64,000 bases of DNA, taken from Bacteroidaceae bacterium. Its GTDB lineage: Bacteria; Bacteroidota; Bacteroidia; Bacteroidales; Bacteroidaceae. Both the position numbers and the translations under genes were made by a program. Shown in pieces: positions 18,915 to 27,640 of the stretch. The notes under the pieces were generated by a model, which saw nothing but the letters and a program-made list of their open reading frames with translations, did no database searches and was not told the origin of the DNA. Every line of letters starts with the position of its first letter. Within the stretch, counting starts at the first letter, position 1. The stretch covers positions 1,068 to 65,067 of the forward strand of contig JAILBW010000033.1 of NCBI GenBank assembly GCA_024680695.1, given 5' to 3'.

Positions 18915-19160
18915 CAAAGGTACGATTAAGTGAGCGAAAAGCCAAAGAAATGTCTGAATTTCTTTTTGCTTTTCCGAATGCAAGTACCTTCGAGCTCTGC
19001 TCAAAGGTACGATTAAGTGAGCGAAAAGCCAAAGAAATGTCTGAATTTCTTTTTGCTTTTTCGAATGCAAGTACCTTCGAGCTCAGCTCAAAGGTACGAT
19101 TAAGTGAGCGAAAAGCCAAATCTATTTGAATCTTTTTCGAGTGAGAGTACTTTCGGCTGG
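18915..19160. repeat. 87-bp tandem repeat, about 2.8 copies, each carrying a full promoter on the minus strand
   Basis: Copies start at 18915, 19002 and 19089 (the last is degenerate). Minus-strand TTTG-N20-TACCTTTG is present in each. Confidence 0.9.
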
Positions 19161-19170
19161 TCCATCCACC

Positions 19171-21447
19171 TCAGGCACTCTGCGCAAGGAATCCGATCCG
19201 ATGGGTGGACGACTTTCGCGGCGCCACAGCCTCGATATACTGCGTCTCGGCCAAGTGGATGTCATCCTCGGTGATGTGAGTCAGCGTCTCGGGATTGTCG
19301 AGCAGCGCGAGACGCATTCGTTCGTCGCTTGCTGCCGAGAGGGACTTCATGGTGCGCTCGGCCATTGCTCGCAGGATGCCCAGTTCGAAGATGTTCGTGG
19401 CCCAGCGCGCATTGCCGAATTGTGCATCGCGAACGGCGAGTCTGCGGGCAATGAGACGGCGGACGGCTTCCTCAGCCGAGGCCGTAAACGCGAAGTGACG
19501 TCGTTCGGCCAGCGAGCGAATGATGGCGTAGAGTTCGTCGGCCGAGAAGTTGTCGAAATGCAGCGTGATGGGGAAACGGTCGCGCAGGCCGGGATTCACG
19601 TCGAAGAGCGACGACAGCCGGTCCTCGTAGCCGGCAAAGATGATAATCATGTCCGGCTCAGGCTCGGACAGCGCGGTGAGCAGGCACTCGATAACATGAC
19701 GGCCGAAGTCGCGGTCGGTGCTGTCGGCATAGAGCGAGTAGGCCTCGTCGATGAAGAGTACACCGCCCCTTGCCTCCTCGAGCTTTGTGCTCACCTTCTC
19801 CTCCGATTCGCCGATGTATCGCCCGACGAGCGAGGCTCGGTCGCAGACCACAGTGTGCCCTTTGGAGAGCACTCCCAGCCGATGATATATTTCGCCGATC
19901 AGCTTGGCGACGGTCGTCTTGCCCGTTCCCGGATTGCCCACGAAAAGCATGTGGTGGCGCCCGGCGGACGGCTCCTCGAGACGATAGCTTTGGCGAAGGG
20001 CCGAGAAGCGAGCCATGATGAGTGCCTGCGACACTTCGCTTTTTACTCGCTCCAGCCCGGTCAGGGCGTTCAGCGCCTGCATGGCCGGACAATCGTCGAT
20101 GCTGACGAGCGACTCGACATCCGAAATGTATGCCTTCCGTTCGGCCTCGATGCGCTGCTTGCGATACTCCTCGAACGTACTCTCCACATCGGAATAGTGC
20201 AGTTGGCGACTCTCGCCGTCCGACAGGGCTGAGCCCGACATCTGCTCCAGAAGCCGCTGCGAGTGGCGCCTCATTATCTCGTCGACCAGTTCGTCGATGG
20301 CCGATGTCTCTATGCGCTCGTTCCCCTCCCAACTGATGTAGAGCATCGCCGAAATGCGTCGCATCGTCGCATCGTCAATCTCGAAGTGCTGGCGGCGCAG
20401 GCTGTCGAACAATTGGCGGGTGAAGCATAGCAGCGAGGGTGCACTGTCTATTGTCAGGTGGTTCTCGGTTGGGAAATAGGCCAGCAGTTCCGGACGGTGG
20501 GCGAAGAGCGACTCGATGACCTCCTGCCTGTCGCAGAGCACGATGCGGTTGCGGACAAAATGCTGGTCCGCAAGTGCCGCAGTCAGCGCCTCGGCGAGTG
20601 TGGTGCCTGCATTGCCGCCTTCGTAGAGGTTCGTCAGGTTGTGGATAATCAGCGTCTCGTCGGGTGCCGCTTGGGGCAGTGCCATCCTCTTCTCCTCCAG
20701 CATCTTCTGGATATTCCACACTTCGCGTCTTGCGCCGACTGATGAAGGATGGTCCAGAACCGGCAGTGCCCGCACCAGCGCAGACACAGCATCCAGAGGA
20801 TTGCCCGCCACGACCTTCACCGCGATGTGTCGGCTGTGCTGGCTCTTTGGTGTCCCGATTATCTCGCAGTCCAGCATCTGGAAGAATTCTGTGAACGGAT
20901 CCTCCTCGCCCAGTCCGGCCTCCGTGAGGCATTTCCTCGACTTCTCTCGGGCATAGAAGGCCGTCAGCTGCTGCTTGAAGCCCGACTTGCTGCAGTCGGA
21001 CGGCAAGAATCGGAATACACTCGGATAGAGGTCTCGCGCAGCCAGATAGTCGTCGCTGCCCCGCTCGTAGGTTTCCATTTCGGCCGTTGCCTCTATGTCG
21101 TCCGCGTCGGGAAGTCGGAAGCGGCAGCGACTCTGCGGCTCGCGCCCCCGATAGAGTACTGCCACATATTCGCCGGGATACCAACAGAATTCACCCTTTG
21201 GGGCAAACTCCAGCTTGAAGACGGGATTCCCGTCCTCGTCCTTCCCGCGCACGGAGGCTACATCCCGGCTGATGCAGTAGCCCTCGGCGAGGGGATACAA
21301 ATCATGATTGAATACGCACACCCGATAGGTGGACAGCGGGCGGCGTGAGGGTTGGATACTTATATAAACGCACAAAGGGGCATCGGTGTACCCCAGCCAT
21401 TCGCACGATTTCTGTGTGCGGATGGCACAAAACATATTCTTCGTCAT
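19171..21447 (-). CDS. AAA+ ATPase, CbbX/SpoVK-like C-terminal module with a roughly 470-aa uncharacterised N-terminal region
   Basis: Walker A GNPGTGKTT, Walker B VLFIDEAYSL, and the RDRF sensor region typical of the CbxX/CfxQ family. Confidence 0.8.
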   Translation of the reverse strand: MTKNMFCAIRTQKSCEWLGYTDAPLCVYISIQPSRRPLSTYRVCVFNHDLYPLAEGYCISRDVASVRGKDEDGNPVFKLEFAPKGEFCWYPGEYVAVLYRGREPQSRCRFRLPDADDIEATAEMETYERGSDDYLAARDLYPSVFRFLPSDCSKSGFKQQLTAFYAREKSRKCLTEAGLGEEDPFTEFFQMLDCEIIGTPKSQHSRHIAVKVVAGNPLDAVSALVRALPVLDHPSSVGARREVWNIQKMLEEKRMALPQAAPDETLIIHNLTNLYEGGNAGTTLAEALTAALADQHFVRNRIVLCDRQEVIESLFAHRPELLAYFPTENHLTIDSAPSLLCFTRQLFDSLRRQHFEIDDATMRRISAMLYISWEGNERIETSAIDELVDEIMRRHSQRLLEQMSGSALSDGESRQLHYSDVESTFEEYRKQRIEAERKAYISDVESLVSIDDCPAMQALNALTGLERVKSEVSQALIMARFSALRQSYRLEEPSAGRHHMLFVGNPGTGKTTVAKLIGEIYHRLGVLSKGHTVVCDRASLVGRYIGESEEKVSTKLEEARGGVLFIDEAYSLYADSTDRDFGRHVIECLLTALSEPEPDMIIIFAGYEDRLSSLFDVNPGLRDRFPITLHFDNFSADELYAIIRSLAERRHFAFTASAEEAVRRLIARRLAVRDAQFGNARWATNIFELGILRAMAERTMKSLSAASDERMRLALLDNPETLTHITEDDIHLAETQYIEAVAPRKSSTHRIGFLAQSA

Positions 21448-21816
21448 AGTGTAAACAGATTAGAAAGTAAAGGAATGATTCAGGAACGCTCGGCACAGTC
21501 AGACAGTCCGGAGCGTTCGGGATAAGCAAAGGGGAGAAGCCGGGCGAGGGGCTTTTCAAGAATGAGGGTGTAACAATAAGTCAAAGAAACGCTTCGCGGT
21601 CACTATCGCCAGACATCTCGCTGCCGTCGGGATATAGTAATCCCTCGGTGCACATATCGCGATGTGCCGCATTCGTCATTGCTTTGCACATAGATGTGTA
21701 GCTACGCCGCATACCGTTAGGTCAATCGGCTTCGCAACTGCATGACTTGATAGCTCTGAAACATTTCTTTGATTATGATATAGTCGTTTTTCGGCGCAAT
21801 CCCTCGATTGCGGGTG

Positions 21817-21824
21817 CAAAGGTA
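21817..21824 (-). promoter_or_regulatory. -7 promoter element TACCTTTG (only match upstream of the AAA+ gene)
   Basis: TAnnTTTG about 370 nt upstream of ATG 21447. Confidence 0.4.
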
Positions 21825-22043
21825 GGAAAAAGATTGAAGTCGCACAAGTTTTCAGCGATTATTTCACATTTTTTTAGGAAGCCTGCCTGTGGTTCCACAT
21901 CTGGAAGAAAGCACTTCAGTTAAGGTCGTCACCTTCTGGCTGCAGGTTGCGTTGCAGCTCAGATTCGTTTCCCTTTTCGTCAGAAATCCCAGTTTTGATA
22001 CACTTTTTCCCAAATACGAAACATCTGTCAGACTTTCTTTGCG

Positions 22044-22051
22044 TACTTTTG
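22044..22051 (+). promoter_or_regulatory. -7 promoter element TACTTTTG
   Basis: 22 nt upstream of ATG 22073. Confidence 0.55.
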
Positions 22052-22072
22052 CAATGAAATACAGAATAAGCT

Positions 22073-23884
22073 ATGAGAAGATACTCCTCCGTCCTGTCCC
22101 TGATACTATGCACCGCAATGGTCTTGAGCGGCTGCAAAGAGAAGCCTGTCGCCTCCAAGTACGACAACATTAATACCGCGATAGGCTGTTTAAATGAAGG
22201 CTTGGTTTACGATGAGGCCGGGCAGATGCGGCTGGCGGAGTTGTTCTACAAGAAAGCCTACGAAATGTTTTTAGACGAGCCGTCGCAGAACTGGGACCTT
22301 TACGCCGAAGCAGGCTACCGCTATGCCTGTATGCGCTATCAGCGGGGCGATATGGAAGGTACGCTGGCCGTCGTCAGCGAAGTATTGGATAAGGTTGAAG
22401 GCCAAAAACTCTTTCCCGCCGCATCCAAGTCAGGTTTGCTCTCCCTGATGGCTCAATGCCAGATGCATTTGGCTATGCCCGAAGCGGCGAAGCAGACCTT
22501 TGCTAAGGTTTATCAGAATCAGTTGACTGTCTTAGGCGGCGAGAATAGAGGAGACTTCAATATGGCCATGATTTGCGCGAACATCTTTTTATCCTTCTTC
22601 GAGAACGGGGAATATGACGAAGCGGGGAAGTGGCTCGGACGCTACGAGGAGGAACTCCTCACCTGCGAACAGATCGGTGTCGGCGACTCCATTCTGATTG
22701 AAGAACAAAAAGGGAGCCTGGCCTTGTACAAAGCCCAATACCTGCAGGCCACGGGCCATGCGAGGGAGGCTGCTGACACCTATGCCGCCATTCCACGTAG
22801 CTATATTTCCTCTGGGGGTAACATACAGGAAGCCATTTGCTACCTGATGGCTGCGGGACGCTACGACGAGGCCGCCTCCTGGTACGAGCAACTCGACAGT
22901 TCCGACGCACTCTCCGAAGGAGAACGAATGACTTTCGACCAAATCACCAGCCTTCTGTCTCCCCGTTATCTGGTTTACAGGAAATGCGGACGCAACGACG
23001 AGGCTCTGGCTATTGCCGACAGCATCAATGCCGCCATCAATTCAGCCCTTGTCGGACAAAAGAAGAGCGATGCTGCCGAGCTGGCCGTCATCTACCAAAC
23101 CCACGAACGGGACCTTCGGATAAAAAGTCTGCAATATACGGTATCTCTCCATCGCCTGCTGTTTGTCGCCGCAGGCATCATTCTGCTGCTCATAGCCTAC
23201 CTCTTCCTTCGCGCGCATAAATATAATAAGGTATTGCTCGAGAAGAACCGCATTCTGCTGAACGACATTGAACAGCATGAGAAGGAGGAAATCGCAAAGC
23301 TGAATACACTTCAGGCACAGCCCGAAGACACCCTCACCGCCGAGCAGAAACTCTACCGCCGTCTATGCACGATGATGATTGAGCAACGCCCCTACATCGT
23401 GAAGTGGACGGAGGGCTCGGACATTGCCAATCCCGTGTTTCCCAGCGTGACTGTGACGAGTACCGAGGCCGGCACCGTGGAGGCAAAGAACAGCGGCTTC
23501 GGTACCGTACAATTCATCGGAACCTACAGCCCGGCATCGCTCACCCCAAACGACAAGAGCAACCTGTTCATAGGTGAAAGCAGCACACTCTACTATCCCA
23601 ATGCCGCCAACAATGCCGACGGCCAGTATTATGTGAAATCCTGCCGTGCCTACTTCCATGTAGACCTCGACGGCTCTGCCGGCGTCCGCACCTTCGTCCT
23701 TGGTTTCAGCGATGATGCGACGGGGATATCGTCCCTCTCTCCCGAAAGTGAGGAAACAAAAGCCTTCCCTTGGGAAAATCAGAACGGGGACTTCTGGTAC
23801 TCGCTCGACGGTATGAAGTTGGACGGGAAACCAACCGCGAAAGGCATCTATATCAAGAGAGGAAAGAAAAATGTAGTCAAATAA
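22073..23884 (+). CDS. Chimeric ORF: lipoprotein signal + TPR-like sensor + single TM + coiled coil, fused to a T9SS-cargo-type C-terminal segment
   Basis: LSGC lipobox; TM helix LLFVAAGIILLLIAYLFL; LYRRLCTMMIEQRPY, where a DNA-binding domain normally follows. The protein then switches to VKWTEGSD...WYSLDGMKLDGKPTAKGIYIKRGKKNVVK, a sorting-domain-like tail. Confidence 0.6.
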   Translation: MRRYSSVLSLILCTAMVLSGCKEKPVASKYDNINTAIGCLNEGLVYDEAGQMRLAELFYKKAYEMFLDEPSQNWDLYAEAGYRYACMRYQRGDMEGTLAVVSEVLDKVEGQKLFPAASKSGLLSLMAQCQMHLAMPEAAKQTFAKVYQNQLTVLGGENRGDFNMAMICANIFLSFFENGEYDEAGKWLGRYEEELLTCEQIGVGDSILIEEQKGSLALYKAQYLQATGHAREAADTYAAIPRSYISSGGNIQEAICYLMAAGRYDEAASWYEQLDSSDALSEGERMTFDQITSLLSPRYLVYRKCGRNDEALAIADSINAAINSALVGQKKSDAAELAVIYQTHERDLRIKSLQYTVSLHRLLFVAAGIILLLIAYLFLRAHKYNKVLLEKNRILLNDIEQHEKEEIAKLNTLQAQPEDTLTAEQKLYRRLCTMMIEQRPYIVKWTEGSDIANPVFPSVTVTSTEAGTVEAKNSGFGTVQFIGTYSPASLTPNDKSNLFIGESSTLYYPNAANNADGQYYVKSCRAYFHVDLDGSAGVRTFVLGFSDDATGISSLSPESEETKAFPWENQNGDFWYSLDGMKLDGKPTAKGIYIKRGKKNVVK

Positions 23885-24274
23885 CAATGGTATAAGGTGG
23901 GTTCTAAAAATTAGCTTTGAACTAAGCTTAGACTTTTTTTGAGCAGATTTGGCTTCAAGGCTGTAGAAGCGTAGCAAGCTACGGTTCCAAGAATTGGAGT
24001 CGAAGGCTGCTGCATTTTTGCGGTTTTCTGCACAAAAAAAGAGGACACTTTCTTTCGCTGGCAGAGAGGGCTTTTTCCCAAAGCGTGACAATTGGGACAA
24101 TGAATTTTGTGCACTTCGGGTGGATTTCGCGGGGAGGAGAAAGAGTAAACGATTATATTACAATACTACTAACTACAACTGTTAACTACTACAACTATTA
24201 ATATAATACTATTCAATAGTATTTATACCTCTATATACTTGGCCGCCCGTTATTTTTCGGCAAAAAAGCGACTT

Positions 24275-24340
24275 TTGCAACAGCAAGCAGGCGTCTTTGC
24301 AACAGCAAGCAGGAGCTATTGCAACAGCAAGCAGAGGCTT
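24275..24340. repeat. 3 x 22-bp tandem repeat with a 16-nt invariant core TTGCAACAGCAAGCAG
   Basis: Cores at 24275, 24297 and 24319, followed by 2 x TTTTGCA (24341-24354). Confidence 0.9.
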
Positions 24341-24454
24341 TTTTGCATTTTGCAAATAGCGCTATCATCGAGTTCGTTTTCGTTGAGCGGCCGTTTTTCG
24401 GGGCAGGAGAATGCAGAAAAACAGGTTTTTCGTCTGCATTCCGAAAAAAATAGT

Positions 24455-24462
24455 TACCTTTG
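24455..24462 (+). promoter_or_regulatory. -7 promoter element TACCTTTG
   Basis: 27 nt upstream of ATG 24489. Confidence 0.55.
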
Positions 24463-24488
24463 TGGGGAGAAACAAAAAATGAAACGAA

Positions 24489-26117
24489 ATGAAGAAGATT
24501 CTGTCCCTTGTCCTCTGTGTGATGGCGATATCGGCTGTGCGGGCCGACGATGTATATAAAAAAGATGTACGGGCGCGATGGCTCGAGATTGCCGAAGCGT
24601 CGAAGCCCGAGCTGCACTACGAGACGGTGCGGCCTGCGGCCATCGTGAAAGCGGTGCAGGATGCAGCGGCCTATCAGGGATGGCGCTACGAGAAGACGGG
24701 CGAGCCCGAAGCACTGTACTCGGCCAACTTTAACGCACAACGGGAGGTGACGCTCGACTTCGGCCGCCATCTGGTGGGCTACTTCACCTTTCATGTAAAG
24801 GAACTGACCAACTGCCAGGATGCACCCATCCGGCTGAAGTTCACCTTCGGCGAGGTGCCGGCCGAACTAAACGTGCCGCTCGATCCGTGGAAGGCAGGAC
24901 TGAACCGCGCATGGATGCAGGACGAGGTGGTCACCGTGACGAATGTCGGTCAGCCCATTACGATTCCCCGCCGCGTCGCATTCCGATACCTGAAGATTGA
25001 GCTGATGGGACATAGTTCCTGGGACTTTGCCCTCGACGATATGTGGTTCAAGGCACAGTCGTCGGCCGGCAAGGTGCAGACGCAACTGCAACCCAGCTGC
25101 CCCGACATCGTGAAGCGAATCAACGAGGTAGGTGTGGCCACCCTGCACGAATGTATGCAGACGGTCTATGAGGACGGACCGAAACGCGACCGCCGCCTGT
25201 GGGTGGGCGATATGTATCTGGAGTCGCTGGCCAACCGCTATTCGTTCCGCAACAATCTGATGACCAAGCGTTGCCTGTATCTCTTTGCCGCGCTGGCAAC
25301 GGAGGGCGGAGTGGTTATCTCCAACTGTTTCGAGGAACCCAAGCCTCATGCGCAGGACATCTCCGTCTGCCTCACTTACAGTCTGCTGTGGAACTCGTCG
25401 TTGCTCGAATATCTGATCGACACAGATGACCGCACCACGGCCAACGACCTGTGGCCCGTAGCGCTGAAGCAGGTAGAGGCTGCATTGGCGTTCGTGGGCG
25501 AGGATGGCCTCTTCGACCGCGAGCATTGTCCGCTGTGGCTCTTCTTCGACTGGCGCGACGGACTGGATGTGACCACTCCCATGCAGGGTGCCACCATCTT
25601 TGCCCTGCAGCAGACCTACGAACTGGCGCGCCGTCTGGGTCGCGAGAGCGAGGTGGCCGACTATCCCAAGCTCATCAAGCGCATGACGGCTGCCGCCCGC
25701 AAGCATTGCTTCGATGCCAAGCGGGGTGTGGCCCTGAGCGGACCGTCGCGCCAGCTGAGCATCCTCGGGCAGACGTGGCTCATCAAGTCCGGAGTGCTCA
25801 CAAAAAAAGAGGGGGCCCGCGCCCTGCGCACAGCGCTCTCCACCGAGGGCTGTGTGATGCCCGGCACTCCCTACGGCACACATTATCTCATCGATGCCAT
25901 GATGCTTTGCGACATGCAGGAGGAGGCGCATGACTACCTTATCGAATACTGGGGAGGCATGGTGCGCAAGGGTGCCGACACTTATTGGGAAGCTTACGAC
26001 CCAAAGGACGACTTCATCTGTCCCTACGGCTACCACCCGGTGAACAGTTCGTGCCACGCCTGGGGCTGTACGCCCGTCTATTTCATCCACCGCTTCCCCG
26101 AGGTGTTCCAGCGGTAA
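24489..26117 (+). CDS. Six-hairpin glycosidase, alpha-L-rhamnosidase (GH78)-related
   Basis: Signal peptide. DGPKRDRRLWVGDMY resembles the GH78 catalytic-domain block. Family assignment is from memory only. Confidence 0.55.
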   Translation: MKKILSLVLCVMAISAVRADDVYKKDVRARWLEIAEASKPELHYETVRPAAIVKAVQDAAAYQGWRYEKTGEPEALYSANFNAQREVTLDFGRHLVGYFTFHVKELTNCQDAPIRLKFTFGEVPAELNVPLDPWKAGLNRAWMQDEVVTVTNVGQPITIPRRVAFRYLKIELMGHSSWDFALDDMWFKAQSSAGKVQTQLQPSCPDIVKRINEVGVATLHECMQTVYEDGPKRDRRLWVGDMYLESLANRYSFRNNLMTKRCLYLFAALATEGGVVISNCFEEPKPHAQDISVCLTYSLLWNSSLLEYLIDTDDRTTANDLWPVALKQVEAALAFVGEDGLFDREHCPLWLFFDWRDGLDVTTPMQGATIFALQQTYELARRLGRESEVADYPKLIKRMTAAARKHCFDAKRGVALSGPSRQLSILGQTWLIKSGVLTKKEGARALRTALSTEGCVMPGTPYGTHYLIDAMMLCDMQEEAHDYLIEYWGGMVRKGADTYWEAYDPKDDFICPYGYHPVNSSCHAWGCTPVYFIHRFPEVFQR

Positions 26118-26200
26118 GATGGGATTCGCGTGATTTGAACTGCGAAAATCCATGACAACAACTCGTTGTGACAATTTTCACAACAGAAAATTTTCGATTT

Positions 26201-26293
26201 CTCTATTCACCTATTCACTCCATGCATTAAACGACTGTCTATCTGCATACTGATAGGTGAATAGAGCACAAAATCGTCTATTCACCTATTCAC
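26201..26293. repeat. Direct/inverted/direct copies of CTATTCACCTATTCAC
   Basis: 26201-26218 (forward), 26253-26266 (inverted; a 14-bp perfect stem with the first copy), 26278-26293 (forward). Confidence 0.85.
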
Positions 26294-26360
26294 CTTTCCG
26301 CACTCACCCGTAATGGCTGTTTCTGGCCTATGGAGAAAGGGAGGAAAAGGACAGCAAAAA

Positions 26361-26460
26361 GTGTTTCACTTATATTTCTGAAAGTGAAACAAGTTATTAC
26401 AGCGCTTGAAACAAAGTGTTTCAACGCTTGAAACAAGTTGTTTCAGCATTTGAAACACAA
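26361..26460. repeat. Cluster of hairpins sharing a TGAAACA/TGTTTCA core, with a 22-bp direct repeat CGCTTGAAACAA
   Basis: GTTTCACT/AGTGAAAC (26363-26390); TTGAAACA-AAG-TGTTTCAA (26406-26424); 26427-26446; an extra core at 26450-26457. Confidence 0.8.
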
Positions 26461-26794
26461 ACTATACTGGCTAAGAATCAAGCTATTATAGTTTCAATAT
26501 GCTGAAATGTCGGCAGAAAAATGGGAAAAGGTGTATAGACGAATTTGATTTTTACGCTCTATACACATTATTATCTTTTTATAATACAAAAAGTTACATG
26601 CGTCAGTGTAGAGGTGAAGTCTGTTTTTCGATTTTTCACTCGAAGAATTGTACAACCCCAGAATGATGCCTGCGATTTGTCATCGAGAACGTTTATCCGC
26701 CATGAAGAGCAAATATTGAAGTCCCACGATTTTCGCTTAATGCCGAGAACTGAGAGATTCCGATAATTAACGACAAAGCATGCAGGCACAAAGA

Positions 26795-26838
26795 GATGAC
26801 AGGGAAATTGCCGATGATAGGAAAATTGCCGATGACAG
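26795..26838. repeat. 18-bp tandem repeat, about 2.3 units (AGGRAAATTGCCGATGAY)
   Basis: Direct reading, about 90 nt 3' of the CAT-like gene. Confidence 0.8.
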
Positions 26839-26923
26839 ATACGAAAGGTGCATACCGAAACACCCACCAGCGCTGTCGAGACAAGCGGTCGGTATCAAGA
26901 GACGGACGGGAAAAGAGGACCAC

Positions 26924-27541
26924 TTATAGTCGGCCAATCGCTTCCTGCAAGTTTGTCAGAAAGCTTCCAGCGTGAGCGCCATCCATCTGGGTGTGATGGA
27001 ATTGGAAGGAAATGGGAAGTTCGTAGCGGAAGAACCTCTTTCTGTATCGTCCCCAAATCAAGAACGGATTATTGAAGATGCCGCTGTTCATGCCTACAGC
27101 CCCGTCAATCTCGGTTTCGATGATGGCCGATGTGCCGATAACCATACATTCGCCCGACAAGTCCCTGTCGCTGCAACTCTCAGCAACTTTCGCAGTATGC
27201 TCCAGGTACTGACGATTGAACAGATCGATGTCTTCAGTAAAGAGAATGTCGCAAGAGGAGACCTCTCCCCGCTTGTTCTTGACGATGGTATTGACAGCGA
27301 GTGAGTCGTACTGAATCAGTTTGTCTCCGACGGGGAGAAGGTAGAATTCCTTAATGGAAGATGCAGCCCGGCCAATGCACCAGTTCAGCAACATATTGAA
27401 CTTCAACCCCTTCTTTCGACTTATTCTTACCAATCGCGTTACATCGAGCGTCTTGAAAAATGTGACCATCGGATTGGGAGCCTTCATCCATAATTCAAAG
27501 GCTTGGGCGCGACTGGTGGTTGTTGGATCTACTTCATGCAT
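26924..27541 (-). CDS. Type-A chloramphenicol O-acetyltransferase-family protein (CAT-like)
   Basis: C-terminal FQFHHTQMDGAHAG matches the CAT catalytic HH..DG.H block. The length from M31 (205 aa) fits the family. GC is visibly lower than the neighbours. Confidence 0.7.
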   Translation of the reverse strand: MHEVDPTTTSRAQAFELWMKAPNPMVTFFKTLDVTRLVRISRKKGLKFNMLLNWCIGRAASSIKEFYLLPVGDKLIQYDSLAVNTIVKNKRGEVSSCDILFTEDIDLFNRQYLEHTAKVAESCSDRDLSGECMVIGTSAIIETEIDGAVGMNSGIFNNPFLIWGRYRKRFFRYELPISFQFHHTQMDGAHAGSFLTNLQEAIGRL

Positions 27542-27640
27542 GAATTCGTCAGATTTCGGTTTGTACGTTTTGCAGCTCTGGAGGAATTGTGATCTGCTGC
27601 GGTTGCCGTAGTTTCTGAGTGTCAGAGCCAATCCCCCACT

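Noticed and set aside
18907-19119. A 70-aa ORF with an internally repeated peptide (AFRSLNRTFE..SSKVLAF.KAKRNSDISL).
   Set aside because: The repetition is only the translation of the 87-bp (29-codon) DNA tandem repeat. The ORF carries promoter motifs, has no sensible start context, and lies in an intergenic gap.
23885-24230. Possible small Cys-containing protein (23911-24114 minus strand, CPNCH...C) or RNA in the AT-rich spacer after the chimeric gene.
   Set aside because: A single CxxC-like motif inside a low-complexity, promoter-less ORF is weak evidence. The AT-rich stretch 24165-24230 is simple-sequence (ACTAC/AACTA words) without convincing helices.
26545-26923. Small ORFs in the low-GC spacer (26545-26766 plus strand, 26571-26867 and 26693-26923 minus strand).
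   Set aside because: They overlap one another and the repeat arrays, have odd compositions (Cys/Phe/Arg-rich), and have no promoter-like element or recognisable domain. I treated them as non-coding.
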